A DNA stretch of 64,000 nt from an uncultured Collinsella sp. (GTDB taxonomy: Bacteria; Actinomycetota; Coriobacteriia; Coriobacteriales; Coriobacteriaceae), in assembly GCA_902470695.1 (NCBI GenBank), contig CABRHH010000008.1:8808-72807 (forward strand), given 5' to 3'. Shown here piece by piece: positions 51,410 to 61,316 of the stretch. The notes under the pieces were generated by a model, which saw only the letters and a program-made list of their open reading frames with translations, did not search any database and was not told where the DNA came from. The position numbers and the translations under genes are program-made. The stretch's first letter is position 1, and each line of letters opens with the position of its first letter.

Positions 51410-52590
51410 CAGCGACCGCGCGCAGCACGATAGATCGCAACCATATCGGATTCGCGAAGCTTCTTGGCAGAGCCCGCCACGCCTCCCGTAGCAAGGCTGC
51501 AGCTATGGGCCATCTCGGCAATCTGCTCGTCGGTCACATCGACACCGAGCTCCGCGAAATTCGTAGGCATACCGATCTTCCGGTAGAAATCCTCCTGGGC
51601 CTCGATTCCGGCCAATGCCGTCGCGCCGTCATTCCCCGCATCGACAATGCCCCAAACATTCATGGCAAACTTCTTAAACCGTGGCAGACAGTCGCGATAC
51701 ACATAGCGCGCCCAACTCCCCCAAATGGCAGCAAGCCCCGCACCATGGGCGACATCGAACATGCCTCCCATCTCATGCTCGAGCATGTGGCTGGCGAAGT
51801 CTCCACCATCGTTTCCGCAGCCCGTGAGGCCATTGTGCGCCAAAGAGCCCTCCCACATCACCTCGGCCCGCGCGTCATAGTTCGTGGGATCGTCCCGCAG
51901 AACGAGCGCCTGCTCGGCAACGGTCCGCAGCAGCGCCTCGGCTAAGGCGTCAGTTATTTCCATATTGCCGCCCTGCGTAAAATAGCGTTCCATGGTGTGC
52001 ATCATGATGTCCGTACACCCGCAGGCAGTCTGATACGGAGGCAGCGTCATGGTCAGCTCGGGATTCATGACGGCAAAGCGCGGGCGCGCAAGGTCGTCGT
52101 CATACGGACGCTTGGCGCCGCCGTCGTCCTTCGTAATAACGCACGAATTGCTCATCTCCGAACCAGCCGCCGCAATGGTGAGCACGCACCCAACTGGCAA
52201 GCACGCGCTGGCACGCCGTTTGCCCTCGAAGAAGTCCCACACATCACCCTCATTGGCAGCTCCGTATGCAATCGCCTTGGCAGAATCGATGACGCTACCG
52301 CCACCTAGAGCCAAGAGAAAATCAACGCCTTCGCTGCACACCACATCAATACCTTTGTACACCAGTGAAAGATGCGGGTTGGGGACCACCCCGTCTAGCT
52401 CAACGCAGTCGATTCCGTCGGCAGCCAGCGCGACGCGGGCCTTCTCCACAAGAGGACGCACATATTCGCCGCGACCAAAATGCAGGAGCACTTTCGTTCC
52501 GCCAGCCGCCTTTACCAGGTGTCCCACCTGAGATTCAGCGTCTTTTCCAAACAGCACTTTGGTAGGCGCATAGTACTCAAAATCAAACAT
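51409..52590 (-). CDS. Iron-containing alcohol dehydrogenase (BdhA/YqhD-like)
   Basis: GGGSVIDSAK, TIAAAGSE, HMLEHE and VAHGAGL. Confidence 0.9.
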   Translation of the reverse strand: MFDFEYYAPTKVLFGKDAESQVGHLVKAAGGTKVLLHFGRGEYVRPLVEKARVALAADGIDCVELDGVVPNPHLSLVYKGIDVVCSEGVDFLLALGGGSVIDSAKAIAYGAANEGDVWDFFEGKRRASACLPVGCVLTIAAAGSEMSNSCVITKDDGGAKRPYDDDLARPRFAVMNPELTMTLPPYQTACGCTDIMMHTMERYFTQGGNMEITDALAEALLRTVAEQALVLRDDPTNYDARAEVMWEGSLAHNGLTGCGNDGGDFASHMLEHEMGGMFDVAHGAGLAAIWGSWARYVYRDCLPRFKKFAMNVWGIVDAGNDGATALAGIEAQEDFYRKIGMPTNFAELGVDVTDEQIAEMAHSCSLATGGVAGSAKKLRESDMVAIYRAARGR

Positions 52591-52689
52591 CGTCTTCCTT
52601 TCACGGCCAAAAGCCAGCCACGCCCCGGCAAGCGGCGCGTGGCGGGCGCGCCCTACGAACCCAAACCCTATGAAGGAGCGGAGGGCCTG

Positions 52690-53808
52690 TTAGCTGATTC
52701 GCATGTCGGCGAAATCAACATCGGCCTCGTCCTCGGCGTTCAGCTCGTGGACATCGTCAACGCTGCGAGGAGCTCGAAGAATGAAGAACAGCACGCCGGT
52801 AATAACCGATCCGATGATGAGCGCCAGAAGCCACATCAAGCCGTTTGTCATCGCTGGAATCGCGAAAAGACCTCCGTGCGGAACCGGGGAACCGCAATCC
52901 CACATCATTGAGAGAGCTCCTCCCACGCCTGCGCCAACAGCCGTGCAAAGCATCGATTTCAACAGGTCTTGGAAAATAATGGGGTAGGTCCCCTCGGTGA
53001 TCATGCACACGCCCATGGGAAAAGCAGTCTTGAGCGTGTCCACGTCTTCATGGGTGTAAATGTTCTTTTTAAACGGCTTCTGCAGGAAGTAGGCGAACGT
53101 GAATCCGAATGGCGTCACGATGGATGCGAGCATCAGCACCGCCATCGGATCGTTGATTCCTTCCGCTTGTAGCGACAGCAGGAATGCAAAGACAACCTTG
53201 TTGATGGGGCCGCCGTAGTCGATGCCTGAAAGCACACCGATGATTGCACCGAACATCAGCGCCTGCGTCATATCGAGGCCGCGTACAAATGTATCGATTG
53301 CGGACACGAGCCACGAAATTGGCAGGCCGACGACGTACACGAACAGGGCGCCGCACACGATCCCGGCAATAAGCGGAATGAGCAACATGGGCTTTAGGCC
53401 CTCCGCCCACACGGGAACAGGCATGTGCTTTGCCAGGAACAGCGCAACGTACCCGGTGAGGTAGCCGCCCAGGAAGCCTCCCAAAAAGCCGCAGTTCATA
53501 TTGGTTGCAATAAGTCCAATAAGAACGCCGGGAGCGATACCGGGTTTGTCGGCAATGGAAAACGAAATACCCGTCGCGATGACCACAGGAAGCAGGCCCA
53601 GAACCAACGCTCCCATGGTGTAGAGGGCATCAAAGAAGTTCGGCGTTCCCACAAAACTGTTGTTCTCAAGGGCCGTACCCCCGGCGATGGAGCCGATCGC
53701 AAGCATGAAGCCGCCACCGACCACAACCGGAATCAGGTATGAGATTGCCGTAAGGGCATGACCCTTCAGCATGTTCCACGTGCTTCCCTTTGACGTAATT
53801 TCAGCCAT
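52690..53808 (-). CDS. PTS fructose-family EIIC
   Basis: IADKPGIAPG, GFLGG, DYGGPINK, ITEG and VPHGG. Confidence 0.9.
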   Translation of the reverse strand: MAEITSKGSTWNMLKGHALTAISYLIPVVVGGGFMLAIGSIAGGTALENNSFVGTPNFFDALYTMGALVLGLLPVVIATGISFSIADKPGIAPGVLIGLIATNMNCGFLGGFLGGYLTGYVALFLAKHMPVPVWAEGLKPMLLIPLIAGIVCGALFVYVVGLPISWLVSAIDTFVRGLDMTQALMFGAIIGVLSGIDYGGPINKVVFAFLLSLQAEGINDPMAVLMLASIVTPFGFTFAYFLQKPFKKNIYTHEDVDTLKTAFPMGVCMITEGTYPIIFQDLLKSMLCTAVGAGVGGALSMMWDCGSPVPHGGLFAIPAMTNGLMWLLALIIGSVITGVLFFILRAPRSVDDVHELNAEDEADVDFADMRIS

Positions 53809-53841
53809 GTCTACCTCCTAGAGCAAACAAATCGAAGCTGC

Positions 53842-54159
53842 CTACTTGCTGTTTGCCACGACTTCTTCAACCTTCTTGATGAATTTGTTTGGGCTCTTGA
53901 TGACCATCTCGGTGGGAATTTCGATAGTCTTGATGCCGCGGAACCTCTCACGACCGGAAACTTTGACATCTGCTGCGATGATGCAAACATCAGCTTCTGC
54001 AATCTCCTCCTCTGTGAGAGCATCTTCCGTACCGATAGTGCCCTGGGTCTCTATATGAATGCGATGTCCGGCGTCCCTTGCGGCGTTAACCAGTTTCTCC
54101 TTGGCAATGTACGTATGCGCGATGCCGGCCGTACATGCCGCGATACCTACAATGTTCAT
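53842..54159 (-). CDS. PTS fructose-family EIIB
   Basis: ACTAGIAHTY and ETQG. Confidence 0.93.
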   Translation of the reverse strand: MNIVGIAACTAGIAHTYIAKEKLVNAARDAGHRIHIETQGTIGTEDALTEEEIAEADVCIIAADVKVSGRERFRGIKTIEIPTEMVIKSPNKFIKKVEEVVANSK

Positions 54160-54192
54160 GCTGAACCTTTCTCTGTTGCGCCCCTCTGTGTC

Positions 54193-54642
54193 CTAGCTGA
54201 ACGAAGCGACAATTTCCTGAACGGTCTGCGCAGCGAGCAAATCCTCAATCACCCGGTCGTTGCCAAGCTTGCCAGCAAGCTTGGCCAGCATACGAAGATG
54301 CTCGTTGCCGCCGTTTTCCCCTGCCTGCACGGAAAAGAGGAAGACCACGTGCACTCCGTTGCCGTCAAGGCTCTCCCAGGGTATTTCCTTTGTAAACTTG
54401 CCAACGGCGATACCGTTTTTCACAACGCACGAGCTCTGCCCGTGCGGAATAGCAACGTAGTTCCCAATTCCCGTTTGCCCGAGGGTCTCACGGTAATAGA
54501 TATCTTTTTCAAACCCATCGATCTCGGTGATGTACCCAGCATCGAGCAGCATTTGAGCGAGCGTATCGATCGCTTCTGCTTTTGTGCCGCCCGGAAGATC
54601 GACAGCGATGACCCTCGTATCAAGGATGTCTTTGATTTCCAC
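54193..54642 (-). CDS. PTS fructose/mannitol-family EIIA
   Basis: RE..GQTGIG..VAIPHG and HLRMLAKLA; probable GTG start at 54642. Confidence 0.9.
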   Translation of the reverse strand: MEIKDILDTRVIAVDLPGGTKAEAIDTLAQMLLDAGYITEIDGFEKDIYYRETLGQTGIGNYVAIPHGQSSCVVKNGIAVGKFTKEIPWESLDGNGVHVVFLFSVQAGENGGNEHLRMLAKLAGKLGNDRVIEDLLAAQTVQEIVASFS

Positions 54643-54723
54643 AGCTTCGTCCCTTCGCACGTTCATGAGGATGCAGGCGGAGCCGTCTGAATCGTTGAGA
54701 CGGCTCCGCCCCACGGCCATCCG

Positions 54724-55605
54724 CTACGCAATGCTCTCGAAAAAGAGCTTCTTGGTCCCCGCTGTCTTGAAGAGCCTGATTTTGTCCATTGCAGTTTGCT
54801 TGCATGCCTCCATCGGTTCAGGGAACAACACATTCGGCTCGCGAATTTCCGACCCTCCATTCTCAAGTACCTCGCGCAGCTTCTCCGTAAAGGAAATCTT
54901 GATATCGGAGGAGATGTTGATCTTGGCGATGCCGAGCTCGACAGCACGGGATATCTCTTCATCCGGATTGCTGGAACCCCCGTGGAGCACCAGAGGAACA
55001 TCTACGACCTTGGTGATTGCCTCGAGGATGTCCATGCGGAGCTTTGGCTTCACGTTCTTGGGATACAGACCATGAGCCGTACCGATTGCAACCGCCAGCG
55101 AGTCAATGCCCGTGCGCTCAACAAACTCCGCAGCCTGGTCGGGATCGGTATACGTGACCTCGGTCACACCTCCCTCGATGCTGTTGCCGGTGTCGCCGAT
55201 AGTGCCCAGCTCCGCCTCAACTGACACACCGACCGCATGAGCAACCTTCACGACCTCCTGAGCTGTTTTGACATTCTCTTCGAAGGGAAGGTGAGATGAA
55301 TCAATCATGACCGATGTAAACCCAAGCTGGATAGCGTGATACACCTGCTCGATATTGGCCCCGTGATCGAGGTGGATGGCGACCGGCAGGTCTGTGGCGT
55401 TGATTTCGTCCTTCACCTGGCCAAGGAATGAATCGCGCAGGAAGCTCAGCTCGTCGGGGTGGATCGCCATAATGAACGGCGCCTGCGACTCCTTGCAAAC
55501 GTCCATGACAGCTGGGAGAAGCTGTCCGCTGCCCGCGTTGAAAGCGGGCAGCGCGAAATGGTTCTCCTGAGCGCACTTCAACAACGATTTGCCAGAAACG
55601 AGCAT
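54724..55605 (-). CDS. Class II ketose-(bis)phosphate aldolase
   Basis: HLDHG, SVMIDSS, VEAELG, AIGTAHG, LHGGS and KINISS. Confidence 0.92.
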   Translation of the reverse strand: MLVSGKSLLKCAQENHFALPAFNAGSGQLLPAVMDVCKESQAPFIMAIHPDELSFLRDSFLGQVKDEINATDLPVAIHLDHGANIEQVYHAIQLGFTSVMIDSSHLPFEENVKTAQEVVKVAHAVGVSVEAELGTIGDTGNSIEGGVTEVTYTDPDQAAEFVERTGIDSLAVAIGTAHGLYPKNVKPKLRMDILEAITKVVDVPLVLHGGSSNPDEEISRAVELGIAKINISSDIKISFTEKLREVLENGGSEIREPNVLFPEPMEACKQTAMDKIRLFKTAGTKKLFFESIA

Positions 55606-55893
55606 ACTGGTACCTCTTTCTTCGAGAAGCCTCCGATAAAGAATCAGAAAAGAAAGAGCTTTTTTCTTTTTCCTTATCTTTATCTTTCTTTAGCGGTTAC
55701 TATACTACTTATTCCATTATTTTTCTTTTCAGTTTCCTTATTTCGTGTGAACGGTTTCTTTTTTGCCGTGAACGGTCTCTGTTCATCTTTCCTTCAATTA
55801 AGATGCTGGTTTAAGCTGGGAGAAGCATCGCGCTGTATTCCGATGTGAGATGCTTCTGTTTGGAACGTGCAAAGTTAGGGGACGAGCCTCACC

Positions 55894-56661
55894 ATGATTG
55901 ACACCGACCGCCTTGCAGCCATTTCATCAATGGTCTATAAGCGGCAAACCGTAAAAACAGCTGAAATTACCAAGGAGCTCGGCATCACTAGCCCCACGGC
56001 CAGAAAGTACCTTGACCATCTTGCATCTACGGACAGGCGCATCCAGCGCATCCATGGGGGAGCCTCGCTCGCTCCAGCACGATACTCTTCAGGCGAAACC
56101 GAACTCTTTCAAGAGCGCGCGAACACCCATCAAGCTGAAAAGGCCGAGATTGCCCGCAAGGCGCTGGCCCAAGTAAGCGAAAGGGACACCATTGCTCTTG
56201 ACTCCAGCACGACTTGCTTCGAACTCGCTCGCCTACTCGCAGAAACGGACAAGCAGCTCACGATCATTACCAACGGAATCCGCACCGCTCAGCTGCTCTC
56301 CGAGAACGAACGGCTAACCGTTATCGTAAGCTCGGGCGTACTGTGCCACCAGTCCAACACCATTCTCGATGAGTTCGATTGCCCGATTTACGATCGGTTC
56401 AATATCGACATCTACTTTTTTTCCGCATCCTGTGTCTCGATAGATTGCGGGTTTTCTGAATACAACCTGCGCGAGATCGACAAGAAGCGCAAGTGCATCC
56501 GTCTTGCCTCGAAAAGCATTGCGCTCATTGACAGCTCGAAGCTTGAACAGAGCACCAGTTCGACATTCGCCCAGCTGGACGATGTTGACATGCTCATTAC
56601 CGATGACCGGGCCGAAGATCTTGTAAAGCAGCAGTATCGTCAGGTTGTCGACGTGCGGTAG
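55894..56661 (+). CDS. DeoR/GlpR family regulator
   Basis: HTH..RIHGGA, LDSSTT, IITN and IDSSK; divergent from the aldolase-PTS operon across an AT-rich spacer. Confidence 0.92.
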   Translation: MIDTDRLAAISSMVYKRQTVKTAEITKELGITSPTARKYLDHLASTDRRIQRIHGGASLAPARYSSGETELFQERANTHQAEKAEIARKALAQVSERDTIALDSSTTCFELARLLAETDKQLTIITNGIRTAQLLSENERLTVIVSSGVLCHQSNTILDEFDCPIYDRFNIDIYFFSASCVSIDCGFSEYNLREIDKKRKCIRLASKSIALIDSSKLEQSTSSTFAQLDDVDMLITDDRAEDLVKQQYRQVVDVR

Positions 56662-56879
56662 CCGCTGCGTCTGGCGGGTAGCCGTTATCCGCTGCGCAGC
56701 TCGAAACCCCACAGTTGGCGGGGCATTGGAAACCCAACTGTCGAAGGCTGCTCACAGGAAAACAGCGCACTGCCCCCGCCTTTGATGCACCTGAGATCGA
56801 GTTCGGCCCGCTGCGCATCCGGGCTCAGATTCTGGATGTCGGCACGCCCTGGCACCGTCCCCGCCCATCCACGTATCCC

Positions 56880-57480
56880 GGGTTCGTCTCCCGCACGTCG
56901 ACGGGGTCCCGAGTTCGCTTTCCGGCCATCGATGAGCCTCTGGGTTTGCTCGGCGTCCATCGGCGTGATCCCGGGTTCGGGTTTCGGACATCGACGGGAT
57001 CTCGGGTTCGCTTTCCGGCCATCGGCGGGATCCAGGGTCCGCTTTCCGGCCATCAATACATCCAGGGTTCGTCTCCTGGGCATCGGCAGACTTCCGGGTT
57101 CGCTTTTCGGCCATCGACGCAATGTGGGTTCGCCTCCTGGACATTCAAGGGCCGAAAACGCCCCTGGATGACCACAACCCGAACCCTTGTTGCACGAATG
57201 GACAAAGCCCGAACCCTCGTTGCACGGAGAGATCGAATCCGAACCCTCGTTGACCGTATGGCCACGACCCGAACCCGATTTGCGCGGACAGACGAGGCGC
57301 GAACCCTCGTTGCACAGACGGCAGCCCGAACCCCGGTTGACCGGATGGCCACAACACGGCCGCCGTCACGCCAGCAGGCAAGATCCCCGCCGCGCCAACA
57401 GGCGAAAGCCGGCTGACGACAGTCGAACTCCGTCACAAAACGGCCAAAGCCCGAATCAACGCTGCGCAAACGGACACAAC
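56880..57480. repeat. 30-bp-phased palindromic repeat element, copy F, plus tail
   Basis: Forward GGGTTCG units ending at 57126, centre AAAACG, inverted CGAACCC units from 57180, and a tail shared with copy E. Confidence 0.88.
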
Positions 57481-57720
57481 CCACGTCATCATCGCGCAAG
57501 CAGACACAACCCGAATCCGTCTTGCGTAAATGACCGGGAGCCCTATCGCAACAACCAGGCGCACAAAACAACCAGCTCAGACACCATGCCAAGCATATTT
57601 TACGGAAGCAGTCGGCACTCTGCGGGCCGATGTAGCGCCCTTTTGATGGTACGATTCCGCTCGCCGTGAGAGAGTCTGTCTCGACAGGGGCCACACCGAA
57701 GACGAAAGGAGGCAGCGGGC

Positions 57721-58353
57721 ATGGAAGTCGGACATCGCATCCGCGAGCAACGGACGGCCATCGGGATGTCGCAAGACGACCTGGCGGCGCGCGTGTACGT
57801 GAGCCGCCAGACCATCAGCTCATGGGAAAACGACAAAACCTATCCCGACCTGCAGAGCCTGCTGCTTCTCTCCGAAATCTTCGGCGTGGCCATAGACACC
57901 CTTATCAAAGGAGATGTGGAGACCATGACTACCGCCATGCGCAACGATGCCCGTCTGCTGAGGAACCTGAGCTGGGCGATACTCGGATGCCTCGCCCTCA
58001 TCATCGCCTCGATGACCTGGTGGCTCGTCCAAAACCTCGCCTGGAACTGGGCCTTCGAGCAAACCATTCCAACCCTCGTGCTGGCCTTTGCATTCTGGGC
58101 TGCCTCCATGGGTCTCGCCGCCTGGGCCGACCACCTCAAGCACACCAACGACCTCGCAACCTACCGCGAGATCTCCGACTTCCTCGAGGGTCTCCCGGTT
58201 GATCGTGATACCGAGAAGGGCCGCCGGGCTCGCAAGCGTCGTTCGCTGCCCGCATGGGTGAAAGCCGCGTGCGTGGTCGGTGCCGCTGCCGTCGGATTCG
58301 TCATCGGTCTCTTCATCGCCCATATCGCCGGCCCGGCCGTGGGCGCGCTGTAG
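57721..58353 (+). CDS. XRE-family HTH protein with C-terminal TM helices
   Basis: GMSQDDLAARVYVSRQTISSWENDKTYPD plus three hydrophobic segments; AAAGGAGG RBS. Confidence 0.9.
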   Translation: MEVGHRIREQRTAIGMSQDDLAARVYVSRQTISSWENDKTYPDLQSLLLLSEIFGVAIDTLIKGDVETMTTAMRNDARLLRNLSWAILGCLALIIASMTWWLVQNLAWNWAFEQTIPTLVLAFAFWAASMGLAAWADHLKHTNDLATYREISDFLEGLPVDRDTEKGRRARKRRSLPAWVKAACVVGAAAVGFVIGLFIAHIAGPAVGAL

Positions 58354-58613
58354 CGCGGCGCCGATAGGAATGCACCGGGCGGTGCGGTTGGCTACGGTCG
58401 ACCGCACCGCCCTGTAGCGATGCCGCTCCATGTCAACGGTCATGCCGCAGCAGCCCGGGTATGAGTGCAACCCGTCTGCCAACCCAACGACTCGGGTGCC
58501 ACAGCAGCCCGGTCCTGCATGCAATTCGTTCACCAACCCAGCGCCTCGGCCGCCATAACAGCTCGGGCTGCGCGCAACTCGTCTAGCCTGCGTGCGGCCC
58601 GCCCACCAACCAA

Positions 58614-58828
58614 GGGTTCGGCCTGCATCTATCCGCCCATCAACCAAGAGTTCGGATTTCATCCATCCGTGCAACAAGGGTTCGGTCTGTGTCCGTCCGG
58701 TCAAAAAGGGTTCGGGTTGCAGCCGTTTATGCAACGAGGGTTCGCACCTTGTCCGTCCGGTCAACAAGGGTTCGGGTTCCATCCGTTTGGGGGCATTTTT
58801 CCCTCTCAGACGGACGGGACCCGAACCC
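58614..58828. repeat. 30-bp-phased palindromic repeat element, copy G
   Basis: CAAGGGTTCG units at about 30-bp spacing up to 58768, centre GCATTTTT, CGAACCC ending at 58828. Confidence 0.85.
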
Positions 58829-58934
58829 GAAATACATCAATGGCTGAAAGACGATCCCAAAATGCGTTAGCGAACAGGACGCAAGCACGGAAATCGTCGA
58901 CGGGCAAGGCATAGGCCCCCAAAGCTTGCTGACA

Positions 58935-59165
58935 GACGGAGCGGAAGCCCGGGCCGCGAGGACGCTAGCAGACAGAATGGAAACCCGAACCTCGAGCCCG
59001 CTGGCAGGCAGAACGGGAACCCGGGCCGTGAGGATGCTGGCAAGCAGGGCGGAAACCCGAGTCTCGAGACCGCCGGCAAGCAGAGAGAAAATCCGAACCC
59101 CGAGAATGCTGGCCAGCTGAGCGGAAGCCGGGCTTGACAAGCAGAAAGAAAACCCAGGCCGCGAG
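58935..59165. repeat. Degenerate 36-bp tandem array (about 6 units)
   Basis: Recurrent GAAACCCG..CGAG..GCTGGCAAGCAG at 36-bp spacing. Confidence 0.65.
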
Positions 59166-59232
59166 GATTACCGCGCAGAACAGCAGGATCCCGTCAGCCC
59201 CACCCGAAGCGAATCGGCCCCGCCAACCTCTA

Positions 59233-59300
59233 ATCGGGACAGAATCAGGACAAAATCAGGACATGTCCTGAAAGAATCGGGACATGTCCTGATTCTGTCC
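59233..59300. repeat. 68-bp direct repeat, left copy
   Basis: 64/68 identical to 61113-61180; contains two GGACATGTCC palindromes. Confidence 0.92.
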
Positions 59301-59337
59301 TACAATTGTCTTGAATACAGGAGATTGGAAGGGTGCA

Positions 59338-61029
59338 ATGGTCAGTATGCGGCAAATTCCTGAGCGCGAATCGCTTACTGAAGAGTTCAAAAGCGATCAA
59401 AAAAGACTACCCGACAGCGAGATTATCGACACCGTCGTTGCGCTCAGCAACACGGACGGAGGCCGCCTTTTTCTCGGTGTTGAAGACGATGGCGTCGTGA
59501 CCGGCGTGCACAAACAGCATGCAGACCCAACACAACTCGCAGCTTTCATCGCGAATAAAACTGTCCCGCCCGTCTCAGCACGGGTATCGTCTCTCACATT
59601 GACCCATGATGGATTCCCGAGCGATTCGGGCGCTTCCGTGATTGTGGTTGAAGTTTCCCGCTCCACAGCAATTGTATCCAGTGCAAGCGGAAAGATTATG
59701 CGCCGCCGCCTCAAAGCAGATGGAACACCAGAAAGCGTGGCGCTCTACCCATATGAGATTATCACCAGGCTTTCCTCGCTCGGACAGCTTGACTACTCTT
59801 CGTTCCCGATTCCCGATTCGACCATCGACGACTTTGACTCCATCGAGCTCCAGCGCCTCCGGAACATCCTTACCCGCAATAAAGGTGTTGATCAGTCTCT
59901 CCTCGAATTGTCAGACGATGAATTGCTTGGCGCCTTGCGCATGACCGTATCGGTCGACGGCGTTTTAACACCGACCATAACGGGCATCCTTCTTGCCGGC
60001 AAAGCCGAGGCAATCAGGCGCTCTGTCCCCACTCATGGAGCAACATTCCAAGTGCTCAGAGGCACCGAGGTACGCATCAACCAGGACTTCGATCAGCCGC
60101 TTCTCTATACAATCGAGAAGCTGGGAAACCTGTTCGAGGCGTGGAATCCAGAGCGCGAATTCGAAGACGGGCTCTTCAGGACTCCGGCACCGGAGTTCGA
60201 CCAGAGGGCATTCCGCGAAGCGGTTGTCAACGCGTTCGGCCATAGGGATTACGCCGCCATGGGACGCGTTCGCGTGCTTATCGATGATGAGGGCCTTACG
60301 GTTTCGAATCCCGGCGGCTTCATCGAGGGCATCAACGTCCGCAATCTGCTGACAGCAGAGCCGCGGGGCCGCAACGAATGTCTCATGGGTGCCCTAAAGC
60401 GCATCGGGCTGGCCGAGCGAACAGGCCGAGGCATCGACAGAATTTACGAAGGGTCGCTTGTTTTCGGACGCCCTCTGCCCGACTATTCCGCCAGCACGCC
60501 CACCACAGTTCGGGTATTCATCGCTCGAACCGCACCAGACCCGCTCTTCATGAAGATGATTGCAGAAGAGGCCGCACGCACCGGCAGGCCCCTCTCACTC
60601 CGCTCTCTCCTTATCCTGAATGCCCTAAAGGATCAGCGAAGGCTATCCGCATCAGAACTTGTCAGCCAGCTGCCCTTCTCTGACACGATGACTCGATCAA
60701 CCCTTGGCAACCTTGTCGAGGCAGGCCTGGTCGAAGCATGGGGCCAGGGAGGAAGCAGAGCATATACGCTCAGCAAAAGCGCGTACGCCGAATCGGGCGA
60801 AGAAATCGGCTACGTTAGGCAAGCCGATATCGACAGGATGCGTTATGAGGAGCTTATTCTACAGCTCGCCAAGCAGCGCTGCGACGGGATTGCGACCCGC
60901 GATGTGGAACAGCTGCTCCGCATCAGCCGCAAACAAGCATACCGAGAGGTCACCAAGCTCGTTCAGAAGGGCCGGCTGCAGAAATGTGGAAGTGGAAGGG
61001 CAACAAAGTATCGCGCCGTCTCGCGGTGA
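59338..61029 (+). CDS. AlbA_2/Schlafen-domain protein with RecG-C/HATPase-like middle domain and C-terminal wHTH
   Basis: EFKS..VVALSNTDGGRLFLGVEDDG; AFREAVVNAFGHRDY, SNPGG and ERTGRGIDRI; C-terminal HTH-like segments; composition less GC-rich than the core genes. Confidence 0.82.
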   Translation: MVSMRQIPERESLTEEFKSDQKRLPDSEIIDTVVALSNTDGGRLFLGVEDDGVVTGVHKQHADPTQLAAFIANKTVPPVSARVSSLTLTHDGFPSDSGASVIVVEVSRSTAIVSSASGKIMRRRLKADGTPESVALYPYEIITRLSSLGQLDYSSFPIPDSTIDDFDSIELQRLRNILTRNKGVDQSLLELSDDELLGALRMTVSVDGVLTPTITGILLAGKAEAIRRSVPTHGATFQVLRGTEVRINQDFDQPLLYTIEKLGNLFEAWNPEREFEDGLFRTPAPEFDQRAFREAVVNAFGHRDYAAMGRVRVLIDDEGLTVSNPGGFIEGINVRNLLTAEPRGRNECLMGALKRIGLAERTGRGIDRIYEGSLVFGRPLPDYSASTPTTVRVFIARTAPDPLFMKMIAEEAARTGRPLSLRSLLILNALKDQRRLSASELVSQLPFSDTMTRSTLGNLVEAGLVEAWGQGGSRAYTLSKSAYAESGEEIGYVRQADIDRMRYEELILQLAKQRCDGIATRDVEQLLRISRKQAYREVTKLVQKGRLQKCGSGRATKYRAVSR

Positions 61030-61112
61030 CATATTCCAAGCTTTGTTGCGAGGTCAATAATGCCCTTACGCACGTGCAGCTCCAGCAGGAGACGCGAGGC
61101 AGCGCACAGCCG

Positions 61113-61180
61113 ATCGGGACAGAATATAGACAGAATCAGGACATGTCCTGAAAGAATCGGGACATGTCCTGATTCTGTCC
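61113..61180. repeat. 68-bp direct repeat, right copy
   Basis: Matches 59233-59300; an extra ATGTCCTGATTC half-site follows. Confidence 0.92.
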
Positions 61181-61316
61181 CGTTGATGTCCTGATTCCAT
61201 GTGACGGGCCGCCGTCCGATAGCAAGGCGCCGAAATCCACCCCAGCTCCGCATGACAAGCCGCCACCCAATGGAAAAGCACCGCATTCCGCCCCGGCCCG
61301 CCTGGACACCAAGCGC

